A stretch of DNA of 32,000 nt. Source: Gemmata obscuriglobus (GTDB taxonomy: Bacteria > Planctomycetota > Planctomycetia > Gemmatales > Gemmataceae). The notes under the pieces were generated by a model, which was not told the DNA's origin, made no database searches, and saw nothing but the letters and a program-made list of their open reading frames with translations. The stretch covers positions 8,370,001-8,402,000 of the forward strand of contig NZ_CP042911.1 of NCBI RefSeq assembly GCF_008065095.1. The letters run 5' to 3'. Positions within the stretch are counted from its first letter, which is position 1. Every line of letters starts with the position of its first letter. The position numbers and the translations under genes are program-made. Below, in pieces: positions 31,964 to 32,000 of this stretch.

Positions 31964-32000
31964 GTCTGGTCCCTCCGGATGCTTCACTTCTCGCCCGGCG

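Noticed and set aside
1-32000. tRNA, rRNA, tmRNA, RNase P, CRISPR arrays, integrase/att sites, toxin-antitoxin or known defence-system genes
   Set aside because: By eye I found no cloverleaf-compatible T-arm or anticodon-arm signatures, no regularly spaced repeats and no family motifs for these classes on either strand. A tRNAscan / Infernal / defence-HMM run would be the decisive check.

Overview
High-G+C bacterial chromosomal window. The gene content points, by inference only, to Planctomycetota (Gemmataceae-like): a DUF1559 / H-X9-DG fragment, an ECF sigma with a membrane-anchored extension, a Hanks kinase fused to TPRs, very large secreted beta-sandwich repeat proteins, and DUF1579. Layout: (i) 40-3021 encodes a secreted repeat protein ending in a TlpA-like thioredoxin domain. 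(ii) About 3.2-12.4 kb is an insertion-sequence graveyard. It holds five complete ISs: IS5-family 4106-4983; IS3-family 5022-7552 carrying a nested IS4-superfamily element 5210-6466; ISAs1-family 9538-10845; and a second IS3-family element 11130-12397. There is also one orphan IS3-like end (10948-11129). These border or interrupt an ECF sigma gene, a DUF1559 gene, a PP2C phosphatase gene and the 5' end of a Ser/Thr-kinase-TPR gene. Only waaA (7913-9232) is intact in this stretch. (iii) 14.7-17.5 kb holds a hypothetical gene and a visibly lower-G+C non-coding island of about 0.8 kb. In that island a sigma70-like promoter box runs straight into a strong intrinsic-terminator hairpin (candidate ~60-nt sRNA). 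A multiply broken GyrI-like pseudogene and a DUF1579 gene follow. (iv) 17.5-32 kb looks ordinary: a hypothetical gene, M61 peptidase with PDZ, a thioester-containing alpha-2-macroglobulin (1704 aa), an MFS transporter, two small membrane proteins, a DAG-kinase/PAP2 fusion and a secreted hypothetical. No rRNA, tRNA, CRISPR array or recognisable defence or toxin system was found, and I do not see a convincing complete novel multi-gene system. The most unusual items are: the Gly/Phe-rich Cys-studded segment at the bait-region position of the A2M; a 37-bp inverted-repeat REP/MITE-like element just 3' of it; the promoter-plus-terminator mini-transcript in the low-GC island; and two IS elements whose transposase halves are each exactly one A short of a canonical -1 frameshift layout. 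Many long ORFs in the supplied track are antisense high-GC artefacts.
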